DNA of 64,000 nt from Botryllus schlosseri. Lineage: Eukaryota. The notes under the pieces are model-generated. The model worked only from the letters and a program-made list of their open reading frames with translations. It made no database searches and was not told where the DNA came from. The stretch spans positions 9,796,001 to 9,860,000 of the forward strand of contig CM119378.1 in assembly GCA_051294905.1 (NCBI GenBank). Direction: 5' to 3'. The stretch's first letter is position 1, and each line of letters starts with the position of its first letter. The translations under genes were made by a program, and so were the position numbers. Below are positions 1 to 10,696 of the stretch, in pieces.

Positions 1-27
1 AGAACATAATATCTTCGATCAGGGCTA

Positions 28-421
28 CATCATCATCATCATCATCATTGGTTTATTAGCAATTTTATCAGTTCAATACACCACAAAAATGCGATACAAT
101 GAAAAGACAGGAAGATGTCGAAGCGACAAGGAGTAGTCTATGGAATCTGACACCCACCTTGGCCTAGGCGATGTAAAGAGGAGGCATGCACACTGAATGA
201 AGGTAAAGAAGATAGTATAGAAAAAGAATGCGACAAGAAATAGGGCGGCATGTCATGGGAAGCGAGATCGATAGGTCAGTCGTGGTCCGGTAATCTTGAG
301 GATGGACTGTATTTATTTAGTAGTAATTGCTTGTATTTCGACTTGAATGTGGACATGCTCGTCGACTGTCGGATGGCCGGCGGGATACTGTTCCACACAT
401 CAGGTCCGGCATATTTGATGG
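28..421 (-). mobile_element. 5'-truncated copy (3' end) of the CR1/L2-group LINE
   Basis: Near-identical to 7386-7779, including the (CAT)n tail and the last codons of the RT ORF. Confidence 0.9.
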
Positions 422-1940
422 GGTAGCATTTTTAGGGTCGGCGCTCATTATCATCAGCACATCCAGTCGCGGTTCACGTGATATACAACTATACGAGTTA
501 CAACTGATGAATGGTGACGATGTCGAGGATCCCAATCGTTCCTGATCTAGTACAAGTCGTCCGACGGCTCATATACTACATTTTTATTTACAATTTTACA
601 TAGTTATGACATAATTATTCAAATCTTAAAAAGAACATTTTTTATTGAAATCGCAATTGCTCAAAAGGACTCTTGTTTTAAACGCAACCATGAACATATC
701 CATTCCTGGTTTTACGTGGTGCATGAGAAGAAGAATATTCAACTTGTTTCAATGTGTATGAATGCGAATAATATGAGGTGATTTGCTCGAAACATTCGTT
801 CAATATTTTATATCATATATCTATACATGAGAAACAGAACGTACGAAGCTTTCATCAGAATGCGAGGCCTCGGTACGGTGGGCAGTTGGTACAATGAACA
901 TGTCCTGATATCAGGGGTGGGGAGTCGAATTAAGGTCATTATAATACACCTACATTACAAGTAAGAATAATGCAAAAAATGTTATACTGCTGATCACTGG
1001 AACATAGTAATAAGAAATGTTCAATGAAAAGCACGGCGGGCGGAACTTCTACAATGCCAAAATGGGTTGCAGCGTGCAGTCGACTCCATGCATTTGACGT
1101 TTTCACAGTGTATCAAGTAAACGCAACATGGACATAAAAACGCGAAAGTTGAATTATTTCGTAGTCGAATGCAAGGATGAGTTGGATTCTCCGGAAAAAT
1201 TTCTCATTCTCAGGCTGGAGATGACTGGATTGACACCTTCTCCGTCGCTATAAGAAGAATTCGCCGAGTATAACTTATATAGATGGCAGTACGCTTTGTC
1301 ATCGTATTACCTAGTTGTCAAGGTTTTCGTCGAATGTAGATCCTTTGTCAACGCAATGCAGCTGCTGCAAAATCTCTGCATCAAACTTTCGTGTTCCGTA
1401 GGATTGCCCACTGCAACCGAGGAAATCAATATTATTTTAACGGTATCTTGACATTATATAAGAATGGCACATCCCCGACCTGTACTTGGTATGCCTGCAG
1501 CACTGCCGGTGACTTGAGGCAAGGTTTTTTCTGCGTGACATGCTTGACATGCAACGAAGATGTTCATGCTAGGTACCGACATCTTAAACCAGCCGAAGCA
1601 CCTACGGTCAAGGCGGTAAACCGGTAAAATCTATAAGATTGAAATTTGTAGATTTTCGTCAACATGAAAATTCGACCGCATCATGCGGTGCCAATGATAG
1701 TCATGGTAGAACATGGATTCTTGACCCTTTTTTTAAATCTCGGAGTCAACTTTCATGCGCCCTCCCCATATCATAAGTTGAATGTGTTTGCGCGATTAGG
1801 AACTTGACTGAAATATGGCACATCGTAAAGATACGTCTTACATAAAAATTTACTTCCAGAAAAAGCAGCCATAATGCACTTAGCAATTAACTTCAACGTG
1901 GTTGTGCTCCAAACTAATAAATAACTCAAATGGATTAAAG

Positions 1941-3095
1941 CAGTGGTTCTTAACCTTGTCTCTGGCGCCCACCCGGGGGCGATTTGGATTTTGAAGGAGG
2001 TGGAAACGGTCAGGGGGCGAAAGGTGGGACGCTGGGTTCAGGGGCGGTATGGGGGCGCTGAAGAAAAATAGCGTCACAGTAAATGGTGCAGTTAGGACAT
2101 ATGATTATATAGTGGAACAATAGTTCTATAGGCCCATATCCCTGATTTCTCACTGCAAACTAACTCGACAAAATCTGTCAAATCACAATGTTTTTCGTTG
2201 CGCTCATCGCGAAATATCCACCGGCGACGTTTCCATGAACAGAGTGGTTTATTTTAATTCATGTAAAATGAATTTGGCGTACCTTTGAATTGCCAATTCC
2301 CCGTTAAAACACTCCTGTCACGCTACTCCAAGTCGTTTCGACACCTTCCTATCCTTTCATTGTATCGCAGTTTTGTGGTGTTTTGAAATGATGAAAATAT
2401 TAATAAACTGATACTTATCCTGATAGCTCGGGTTATTTTCCACAAAAAATTTTGAGCTAGGTATCTTATCCAGCAGTGCACTGCGTGTCGAAATCGAAAA
2501 GGCACTGTACTGTACAACTTTTGAGAGTGATGCCCTTTGTACATTAAAGATGTTTTGAAGCCTTTTGACCAAAATGATCAACTCAATATACTTGTATTTG
2601 AGAGCTACAAAATTAAATCGTCAGAAAATTTCTTCATCGCATCATAAAGGATGATACTGCTTGGTGTTGTTTCCCCCATTCATGTTGAAGTCTAGAGCTT
2701 GGTTCAGTACTAAATTTAATGTGAGCAAATCTCTACCCCACTCTCAGTTGATTTAGTATAGTCACACAAAGCAATAGAACAAAACCCGATAGAATTAACT
2801 TACCCGTATTGCCAATTGCAGAGGAGAATTCGGGATGCGTACATCTATCTCGAACCAAATGCTATGAGCCCGTAGGCCTTACCCGATGGTTGGTATAACA
2901 ACCTGGATTTGATCCCGAAAATAGCACATACAATTATAACGTTAATTGGTCAAGTGGTCTAATAGTGAAGTCTCAACCCGAAACCCGATTTCGACCACTT
3001 ACCCATTGTTTTTACTACAGTTCATAACATAGGGGGTGCCAGACCCAGACAATTTTTGAAAGGCGGCGCTGGGGAAAAAAGGCTAAGAACCACTC
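1941..3095. mobile_element. hAT-type non-autonomous element (MITE)
   Basis: Imperfect TIRs CAGTGGTTCTTAACC / GGCTAAGAACCACTC; 8-bp flanks GATTAAAG / GATTAAAT (7/8 match). Confidence 0.7.
2325..2420 (+). repeat. Diverged 3'-tail fragment of the LINE family
   Basis: Resembles the reverse complement of 7400-7495 (cctttcattgtatcgcagttttgtggtgttttgaa...). Confidence 0.6.
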
Positions 3096-3758
3096 GATTA
3101 AATAATGGTATACCGTGTAAAATAAGAAATACAAAAAGGGGAAAAGTATAGTCTTTTGGTCAAAAGCTTCAAAGTTGGTCTGCTAAAACAAGTCCTAACT
3201 CTCTAACGTGCATGGTTATAGGAACACTTTGTAAATTCTCGAGTTGAGTTACATTTCAAGATCCTTGTTCTTGTGGATTCACGTGTATAAAATGAGATGT
3301 CGAAGGCAATGATAGAAGATCTCGAACAAATTGAGAGGTGTTGCCGAGCACAGGTGAAATCAGTGAGACCCTGTTCAACAATATGAAGAAATCTGAGGTA
3401 TTGACGAGGACATTTATTCGAAAGATGTAGGCCACATCACCGTCTTCAACGAACGGCCCTATGACCTGCATATTTCCTACACCACGGACTATAGCCTTTA
3501 TTCGAACAAGCTCAATTAATCAACCATGTTTGTATTGAGAAGTCAAATAATTATGATAATAGAGCGGCCAATCCAGGCAATGCGTATTGTGACTTACCAG
3601 AAATTATTCAACATAGCATTGAACAATGCGGTTATTGCTATGTTATGTCAGTTATGAGGAGGCCTACGAAGATTTAGAATGTCCATTTTAGCCGTGACCT
3701 AGCAAAATCATTGATAACATGAAATTGGAATGAACACTGTATTTCCCTTTGTCATGAT

Positions 3759-3994
3759 CAGACTTGGACAACTAGATAATTCTAGTTGTCTAATTTCACT
3801 AAATTAGAGCGAAATGCCAGTAATCTAATTCTAATCTAATTTGGAAAGTCTGAAAATTTTCTAGTTGTCCAAGTATAAGCCTGGACAACTAGATAATTCT
3901 AGTTGTCTAATTTCACTAAATTAGATAGACATGCCAGTAATCTAATTCTAATCTAATTCGGAAAAGCTGAAAATTTTCTAGTTGTCAAAGTCTG
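3759..3994. mobile_element. hAT MITE built from two ~118-bp palindromic subunits
   Basis: TIRs CAGACTTGGACAACTAGA / TCTAGTTGTCAAAGTCTG; perfect 8-bp TSD GTCATGAT (3751-3758, 3995-4002). Confidence 0.85.
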
Positions 3995-4404
3995 GTCATG
4001 ATCGCCCTCGAGGGTGGTAGCGTTCACGTAGAGCCCCACTGCTATGAATGTATCATGTTTCATCACGCAGGCAGCCAATAGAACTATACACAAGTAAACT
4101 GGTTTATTGAGCAAAACTGAGCACCTGAAATCAGCGCCTGAACTGGCGATAAACATATCATTCCTTAACCTCATACTGTCCATTTTTTATCAAATGAATC
4201 TTTGACTACGCCGGTTGTTGTTGTTTTAGTATTCATGTTTCGACAACTACATGGTCGTTTTACATCAGGCCAATATCCTCTATTATGATTCTGTATCTGC
4301 CGACTTGTAGCAACAAGACGCGCTGGACACCGCTTACGCGGATCAGATGGCGAAAAGGAGCCTTGATATACCTACACCTACACCACTGCGGTAGGAATTC
4401 TGGA

Positions 4405-4478
4405 GTCGACCTTGGTCGGAACTCGCAACCCATTGGTGTTGCAGCTGCGGAATGTGCCACTACTACGCTATCTCGTCT
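4405..4478 (-). repeat. Degenerate tRNA-like SINE head
   Basis: Minus strand GAGATAGCGTAGTAG (A-box-like) ... GAGTTCCGACC (B-box-like); same 5' start as 9969-10041. Confidence 0.4.
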
Positions 4479-5032
4479 CTGTCTACTCGCGTTTATTGTT
4501 TATTCCTGCCACTATAGATTATAACAATACTCCCGCAACACAGACGAGTGGTCCACGAGTTCCACGCCTGATATCGGGACGGTAAAACGCACGCGGTGGT
4601 CGAGCTTTGGACACTGAAGACGATGCAGTGTGACTGGCAACGTTATGAATCTGCTGCTTTGTCCCACAATCACACTCTTCGACCGCCGTTGTAATATATA
4701 GGCTATTATCAGCGGTTCTTCTATTTACAACTGCAGAAGACGCGACGATGTACGATGTTATCCGATCCGTTTTTTGTAATTGAAGAAGCTGTAACGTACG
4801 TTTAGTCGTTGCGTAGTCAAACGACAATACGTTATATTTTGATCGGGAATTCGTCTATTTTACACTTACACTTACAATTACACTTACTTATAGTTAGCCA
4901 GTTGGCCCTATAAGCGTGGCCCTATAAGTTGCTCGTTATCACGCTTCCTACTTATCCGGACCTACCCTTGAGAGCCTGTCGACGAAAAGCACAGATTTAC
5001 AGACATGACGCAAAATAAATTACGAGATATAC

Positions 5033-5636
5033 AGGGTTGCATTTAAAACAAAAATCCATTGTTTAATACGTGTTTTTAATGAGACATGACGTCACGAATA
5101 TTCAATTGTGACGCCATAATGGATTGACATTGACAATTGAAAATATAAGGTAACTATTTGACGAAATAGGCTTCCAATCCCTGTCAGATACGGACCAGAA
5201 ATATTCTTAACCAGGACTAGTCATGCAACATTTTACGATAGGCGGACATCATCATCAGAATATTCATTCCGTACCAATGAACTATGTCTGCGTACTATAG
5301 CTGTTGAGCCGACTATTTCGAGGGTTCCAACCATTCCATATCGGTACGGAATAGGTGTTCTGATGACGATGACCGCCGACGGTAAAAATGCTGCATGACG
5401 ATGTAGTCCTGGTTAAAGATATTTTTGGTCAGAAGCCTATATGACAGGGGTTGGAAGCCCATTTCGTCAAAGGAGCTATAGTTACCCTATATCTTCAATT
5501 GTCAATGTCAATCCACTATGGCGTCACAATTTAATCTTCGTGACCTCATGGCTTAAAAAAACATGCTTTCAACAAGAGCCTTGTTTTAAACATAACATGC
5601 TTGTTTTAAATTGATTTTTGTTTTAAATGCAACCCT
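5033..5636. mobile_element. Foldback MITE with ~200-bp inverted arms (superfamily uncertain, possibly PIF/Harbinger)
   Basis: AGGGTTGCATTTAAAACAAAAATC / GATTTTTGTTTTAAATGCAACCCT termini; long internal inverted arms; second copy at 62772-63629. Confidence 0.75.
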
Positions 5637-5719
5637 AAATGCAGAATCATTGAGTGATTGCTCACTCTGAGGTCATAACAGCGTTTCGCTCACAATCCGA
5701 GTATATGCAAGATCAGCCA

Positions 5720-5905
5720 TTTTTATCGACACCGTGACTTGATGACTAGAAAATTATTCGTAAATTTTGCTCCAAGTCACGAGTCAATCCACATTTCTGA
5801 CACGTCGAGTCAAGTCAAGTCAATTCATTCATGTAAAGTGACTCGAGTAAAGTCAAGTCATTCGAAAAAGATGACTCGAGTCTTACTCGAGTCCTCCAAA
5901 CACTG
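5720..5905. repeat. Right-end fragment of the GAGTCAAGTC-rich hAT MITE family
   Basis: Matches 16260-16389 and ends in CCAAACACTG. Confidence 0.6.
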
Positions 5906-5979
5906 GTTTCCACTTTCTTCCGCTATTTCGTCATTATTTCTGTACAATGTTATTGACCGTGGTGCAATAGGCCATCAGG

Positions 5980-6350
5980 TAGGGTTACCATATTTTGGAA
6001 ATCTGAAAAGGGGACACTTTTTTAAAATTTTCAGACTTGCAATACCGGAGAAAAATCCTGAAAATTGGTAAATTTTTCCCAGTCCGTGGTCGGTTGACTG
6101 AATAAAAAGATCAACTTTCCGGCTGACAAAAAAATAAAAAATAAAATAAAAATAGGTCAGCTTTCCGGCTCAGCTCCCGAAATAGCCGCCGGAGCGTTAC
6201 TTCAGTGCTAATTTACTGTATCTCGGTCGAATTTTTCTCTATATTTAAACAAAATTCTTAAAAAAGAGGACATCTGGGCGTCCTCTGAGGATACTTTCAA
6301 AAAAGTCAAAAAAGAGGACAAATCCTCTTAAAAGAGGACGTATGGTATAA
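5980..6350. mobile_element. hAT MITE (TAGG-terminus, AAGAGGAC-repeat family)
   Basis: Homologous in reverse orientation to 34877-35261; TSD not clear. Confidence 0.6.
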
Positions 6351-6424
6351 CGCTGCCGTCAGTCGATAAGCGCCAAGTCTTTATGTTTAATAAACAACAA
6401 CAACAACATGCAACAAAGTGATTA

Positions 6425-6747
6425 ATCATCATTGGTTAATTTGATCAGTTCAATACATCACAAAAAATGTGATACAATGAAAAGACAGGAAGATGTCGAA
6501 GCGACTTGGAGTAGTCTATGGACTCAGACACCAACCTTGGCCTAGGCGATGTGAAGAGGAGGCATACACACTGAATGAAAGTAAAGAAGATAGTACAGAA
6601 AAAATTACAAGAAATCGGGCGGCATGTCATGGAAAGCGAGATCGATAGGTCAGTCGTGGTCCGGTAATCTTGAGGATGGACTGTATTTACTTAGTAGTAA
6701 TTGCTTGTATATTTCGACTTGAATGTGGACATGCTCGTCGACTGTCG
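6425..6747 (-). mobile_element. Diverged 5'-truncated LINE 3' end
   Basis: Aligns to 7398-7727 with scattered substitutions. Confidence 0.85.
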
Positions 6748-7039
6748 CTCGTCAACTGACTGTTATAATAAAATCCGGAAGATGCATCATCATTAATTTT
6801 GTGCCATACATTATCGTAGACCCCTCCATCCGCTCTACCGGTTCTGATCACGTGAAGAATGTATAAATATTTGACAGTAATGTATGAAACAACCAATGTT
6901 ATCAACGAAATAAATTTTCAGGGTGGAAATAATACGGGGGAGGGCGCCATACCATGAAATTTTCTAAATCGGGGTGTTCGAATAAACGGAGGATTAGCAT
7001 CGCATTTCCATATTAATGCTGCCATTTTCATTCCATGAT

Positions 7040-7290
7040 GCGGACGAATGCTTATGATGTCCACAATTTATACCTCCTGGGATACATCAATATCGATCAA
7101 GCTTGGCCCCTTTCGCACAGCTCAATTTGCAGATTTTTACAGTCCATTTTAACGAATTACGATCTTTTTCACAACTACTTACTTGAGTAGATTTAAAGTT
7201 AGTCAATTCTGCTTCTACTTCAAGTAGTTTTGAGCAGCTTTTAAAAGAAGTACTTCTACTCGTACTTGAGTAGATTTCTGGTTGCATTTT
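7040..7290. repeat. Fragment of the AGTAG-rich hAT element family
   Basis: Reverse-complement similarity to 45390-45700. Confidence 0.6.
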
Positions 7291-7385
7291 GTGATATGAC
7301 GATAAAGGGGAGCGCGAATTTTTTCACTATCACGAAGGGGGACGTGTCTAAAAAGTTTGAGAACCACTGCAATAGAGCGATAAAA

Positions 7386-9450
7386 CATCATCATCATCAT
7401 CATCATTGGTTTATTAGCAATTTTATCAGTTCAATACAACACAAAAATGCGATACAATGAAAAGACAGGAAGATGTCGAAGCGACAAGGAGTAGTCTATG
7501 GAATCTGACACCCACCTTGGCCTAGGCGATGTAAAGAGGAGGCATGCACACTGAATGAAGGCAAAGAAGATAGTATAGAAAAAGAATGCGACAAGAAATA
7601 GGGCGGCATGTCATGGGAAGCGAGATCGATAGGTCAGTCGTGGTCCGGTAATCTTGAGGATGGACTGTATTTATTTAGTAGTAATTGCTTGTATTTCGAC
7701 TTGAATGTGGACATGCTCGTCGACTGTCGGATGGCCGGCGGGATACTGTTCCACACATCAGGTCCGGCATATTTGATGGAGCGATGATCTTTTCGGTCGA
7801 TCATATGATATTTGGACGACGTGGACGCGCGTGTGTTGTACTTGTGCGCTTTTGATTCAGAGGTAAAGAAGTCATTGAAATATTCGGGGCAACGACCGCA
7901 GTGAAACTGATACATGAACTTGGCGATTTCTAGTTTCCGCATATCTTCTATGTTTAGGACGCCGAATCTCTTCAGCAGCGACTTATTGGATGGGCAGCCA
8001 GGTCCCTTTGGGGCCCTAGCTATGATTCGGAGTACTTTGTGCTGTAGTTTCTGCAGTGGCTTGAGTGCAGTTTTACTGGCAGCCCCCCAACAGAGGATGC
8101 CATAATGTAACTTCGATTGGATTAAGGATTTAAAGAGTATCAGAAGAACCCATGCTGGCATGAAGCGCTTAAGGCTGTAGAACAGGCCGCACTTCGGTGA
8201 TAATTTAGTTTCTAGGGACTGAATATGACTCTTCCAGGACATGTTCGAGTCCAGTAAAACTCCGAGATATTTGGCATTATCTGTGTTGGAAACGGGCTGA
8301 CCAGCGATATTAACGGTTAGGTTATTTTTTGAATTTACTGTCAGCAATTGCGATTTCGAGGCGTTTATGCAAAGGTTGTTCTGGGCCGTCCACTCATGGA
8401 CTTTGGGCATTTGGTCACCAGTCAGGGCATCCAGCTCTGCCGTCGAAGATGCGGAAGAGAGGAGGTGAGTATCATCAGCGAACAGTGTGGTGTTCAATGA
8501 GGAGGTTTCGAAAATGTCGTTGACATATAAGGTGAAAAGGACCGGTCCAAGTACTGAGCCCTGGGGCACACCACAGGTCACCGGGTGAGGAGAAGACAAG
8601 GTGTCTGAGATCGCAACCATTTGTTGGCGTCCAGTGAGGTAACTTTTCATGAGCTCAAGTTGTGGGCCCCGAAGTCCGTAACGCGCCAATTTCGAGATGA
8701 GAATTTTATGATCTACGCAGTCAAACGCCTTTTTTAGGTCGAGAAAAATGCTACATCCCACATCTCGCTTCTCTGAGATATCATAGTACTGTTCGGCCAC
8801 TGTTAGGAGGGCATGAGCAGTTTTGTGTTTGTTTCGGAAGCCAAATTGTTGAGGGGAAATGACAGACATTTTGGCGAGGAATGAGGACAGGCGGGAGAGG
8901 AGCAACTTTTCGAATACAATCCCGATGCATGGGAGAACGGATATCGGACGGTAGTTGGTGACATTAGTTCTATCCCCAGCTTTGTGTACAGGGACTACTC
9001 TGGCTTTTTTTAGATAGCTTGGGTAGACTCCATTTTCTATCATGAAGTTGAAAAAATGGGCCATATATTGACCGATATGCAGGCTTATCATTTTTAAAAA
9101 CCATGATGGGATTTGGTCATAGCCGTCGGCCTTGTGCGATTTCAGTTTGTGGATGGCTACTTCTACTTCGTATTTGGTCGTAGGTTCAAGCACAATTGAC
9201 TGGGATATCGATCTCACCTCTGACCTGGCCGACACAGGTTTTGTAATAGAAGAAGCAATATTTGGGCCTACGTTACAAAAATACTCATTGAAGTGATTCG
9301 CGATCGCCGCCGGGTCTGAAAGTTTGTTTCCGGTATCCGAATTCACAATTTCCGAGACAGACTTATGGCCTTTTTTTCGATGTAGGAGAGAGTTAAGTCC
9401 TGACCATGTTTTTCGAGTGTCCTTTATGTGTCTGTTGAAAAATCTCTCAT
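7386..9450 (-). mobile_element. 5'-truncated non-LTR retrotransposon (CR1/L2 group), ~2.06 kb
   Basis: RT ORF, ~250-bp 3' UTR and (ATG)n microsatellite tail; no APE endonuclease domain present; no TSD found. Confidence 0.9.
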
Positions 9451-9505
9451 CACAGGTAAATATTAAATACAGCGTCTGTGTGTGTATGTGTTTCTGTTGT
9501 CCCAT
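7634..9505 (-). CDS. LINE ORF2 fragment: reverse transcriptase domain and C-terminus (the first ~18 codons are flanking DNA)
   Basis: Motifs YRPISVLP, QQFGFR, FLDLKKAFDCVDH, GVPQGSVLGP, LFADDT, KYLGV; C-terminal H-x-Y-N-T-R and WNSIP...FK typical of CR1/L2-group ORF2. Confidence 0.92.
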   Translation of the reverse strand: MGQQKHIHTQTLYLIFTCDERFFNRHIKDTRKTWSGLNSLLHRKKGHKSVSEIVNSDTGNKLSDPAAIANHFNEYFCNVGPNIASSITKPVSARSEVRSISQSIVLEPTTKYEVEVAIHKLKSHKADGYDQIPSWFLKMISLHIGQYMAHFFNFMIENGVYPSYLKKARVVPVHKAGDRTNVTNYRPISVLPCIGIVFEKLLLSRLSSFLAKMSVISPQQFGFRNKHKTAHALLTVAEQYYDISEKRDVGCSIFLDLKKAFDCVDHKILISKLARYGLRGPQLELMKSYLTGRQQMVAISDTLSSPHPVTCGVPQGSVLGPVLFTLYVNDIFETSSLNTTLFADDTHLLSSASSTAELDALTGDQMPKVHEWTAQNNLCINASKSQLLTVNSKNNLTVNIAGQPVSNTDNAKYLGVLLDSNMSWKSHIQSLETKLSPKCGLFYSLKRFMPAWVLLILFKSLIQSKLHYGILCWGAASKTALKPLQKLQHKVLRIIARAPKGPGCPSNKSLLKRFGVLNIEDMRKLEIAKFMYQFHCGRCPEYFNDFFTSESKAHKYNTRASTSSKYHMIDRKDHRSIKYAGPDVWNSIPPAIRQSTSMSTFKSKYKQLLLNKYSPSSRLPDHD

Positions 9506-9860
9506 GGCTAGTTAGTCCAACTATTCTGTTTGATTTGACTATTGTATCATTGGCCTCAACTCTATAATTAATGTAGAATATTTGAATTGAAAAAAAATCC
9601 ACCCATGGATGGTATTGAATAAAAAGTGTGTGCCGTTATTCATGCTGGTACAATCCCTACACCTCACATTAAAAATTATTGCTGTTTGTTCGTGTTGAAT
9701 GTTACAAAAAAATGGATGCTTCGGTCAGAGTTAATTGAATAAATTTCCCGTATATATATGTCCTCTTTTTCGAATCTGTAAATATTGGGGGGGGGGGAGA
9801 AAATTTGTGTCGAGCTTAATAAGGGGCGATATTATGAGTCGAAAAATGTAGACTACACCC

Positions 9861-9952
9861 GCTTCGACAGCTTCCTATCTTTTCATTGTATCGCATTTTT
9901 GTGGTGTATTGAACTGATAAAAATTGCTAATAAACCAATGATTACGATGATG
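9861..9952 (+). repeat. ~90-bp LINE 3'-tail insertion, opposite orientation to the 2-kb copy
   Basis: Reverse complement of 7390-7482, ending in AATGATTACGATGATG. Confidence 0.8.
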
Positions 9953-9968
9953 AGGAGCCCAGAATAAC

Positions 9969-10041
9969 CTCCGACGGCGGAAATCGAACCCGTGCCGCTT
10001 GCTTGGGTGGCGCCGACGCTCACCAATACGCTATCTCCCCC
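9969..10041 (-). repeat. tRNA-derived SINE-like head with Pol III boxes
   Basis: Minus strand TAGCGTATTGGT (A box) and GGTTCGATTTCC (B box); acceptor stem does not pair, so not a tRNA gene. Confidence 0.55.
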
Positions 10042-10536
10042 GCTACCCCATCAAGTGATGGAATCGCAAACCCACATAGTAGCAATAGACAGGGATATCC
10101 CTTATCCCTGCAATAGACCTATACATTGCGAACGGGGAACACACCCTAGGCTAACGCCGTTACGTGATTTGGATAAACCTAGCCCTGTTACTCAGCCCAG
10201 TCGTGTTATTTGCATAATCAATAATGCTCATGTACATTTACAATCTACACATCTACAATGTACATAGTACATTGTAAAATGTAAATGGTAGCAGTAGGTA
10301 GCAATTTTGCTATGTTCAAGTGTTATTTGCTCAGCACCGACGGAATATTGCAAACTAAGCATTGGTGAAGACTGGTGTCGCACTCGAGAGTAAACAGCTG
10401 ATGTGTACACTCGCCGTTATGCTAATTCTGCTTTTTTCTGTTCAGCTCTCGACAGTTCGCGTGCTTCGAACACTCGTGACTTGCCAGGATATGTGAAAGG
10501 TTGCTGACTTAGTGCGCGAACTTAGCAGTAGCAGGA

Positions 10537-10696
10537 ATGAAACTACCTTCTCAAGTAACCGTAGTGAAGGCATTGGCGGAAAAGCCATGGGACGCCATTC
10601 TTTTGGTCACTGATCAGTTGTCCAGCCTTACGGGTGAATTGGAAATATTGAAGAGGCCTTTTGAGGCCCTAAAAGAGCTTGATGCAGCGGTTGGCA
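10537..10696 (+). pseudogene. 5' part (codons 1-53) of an M17 leucyl-aminopeptidase-family gene, interrupted by the transposon
   Basis: MKLPSQVTVV...ELDAAVG joins in frame to RDVILAKL... at 32303 once the element and one TSD copy are removed. Confidence 0.85.

Noticed and set aside
7215-7460. ORFs with poly-Met or poly-His runs
   Set aside because: Translations of the (CAT)n LINE tail.
7914-9515. Plus-strand ORFs overlapping the RT
   Set aside because: Antisense shadows of the LINE ORF.
9969-10041. Functional tRNA gene
   Set aside because: A and B boxes are present but the acceptor stem does not pair and no clear anticodon arm forms.
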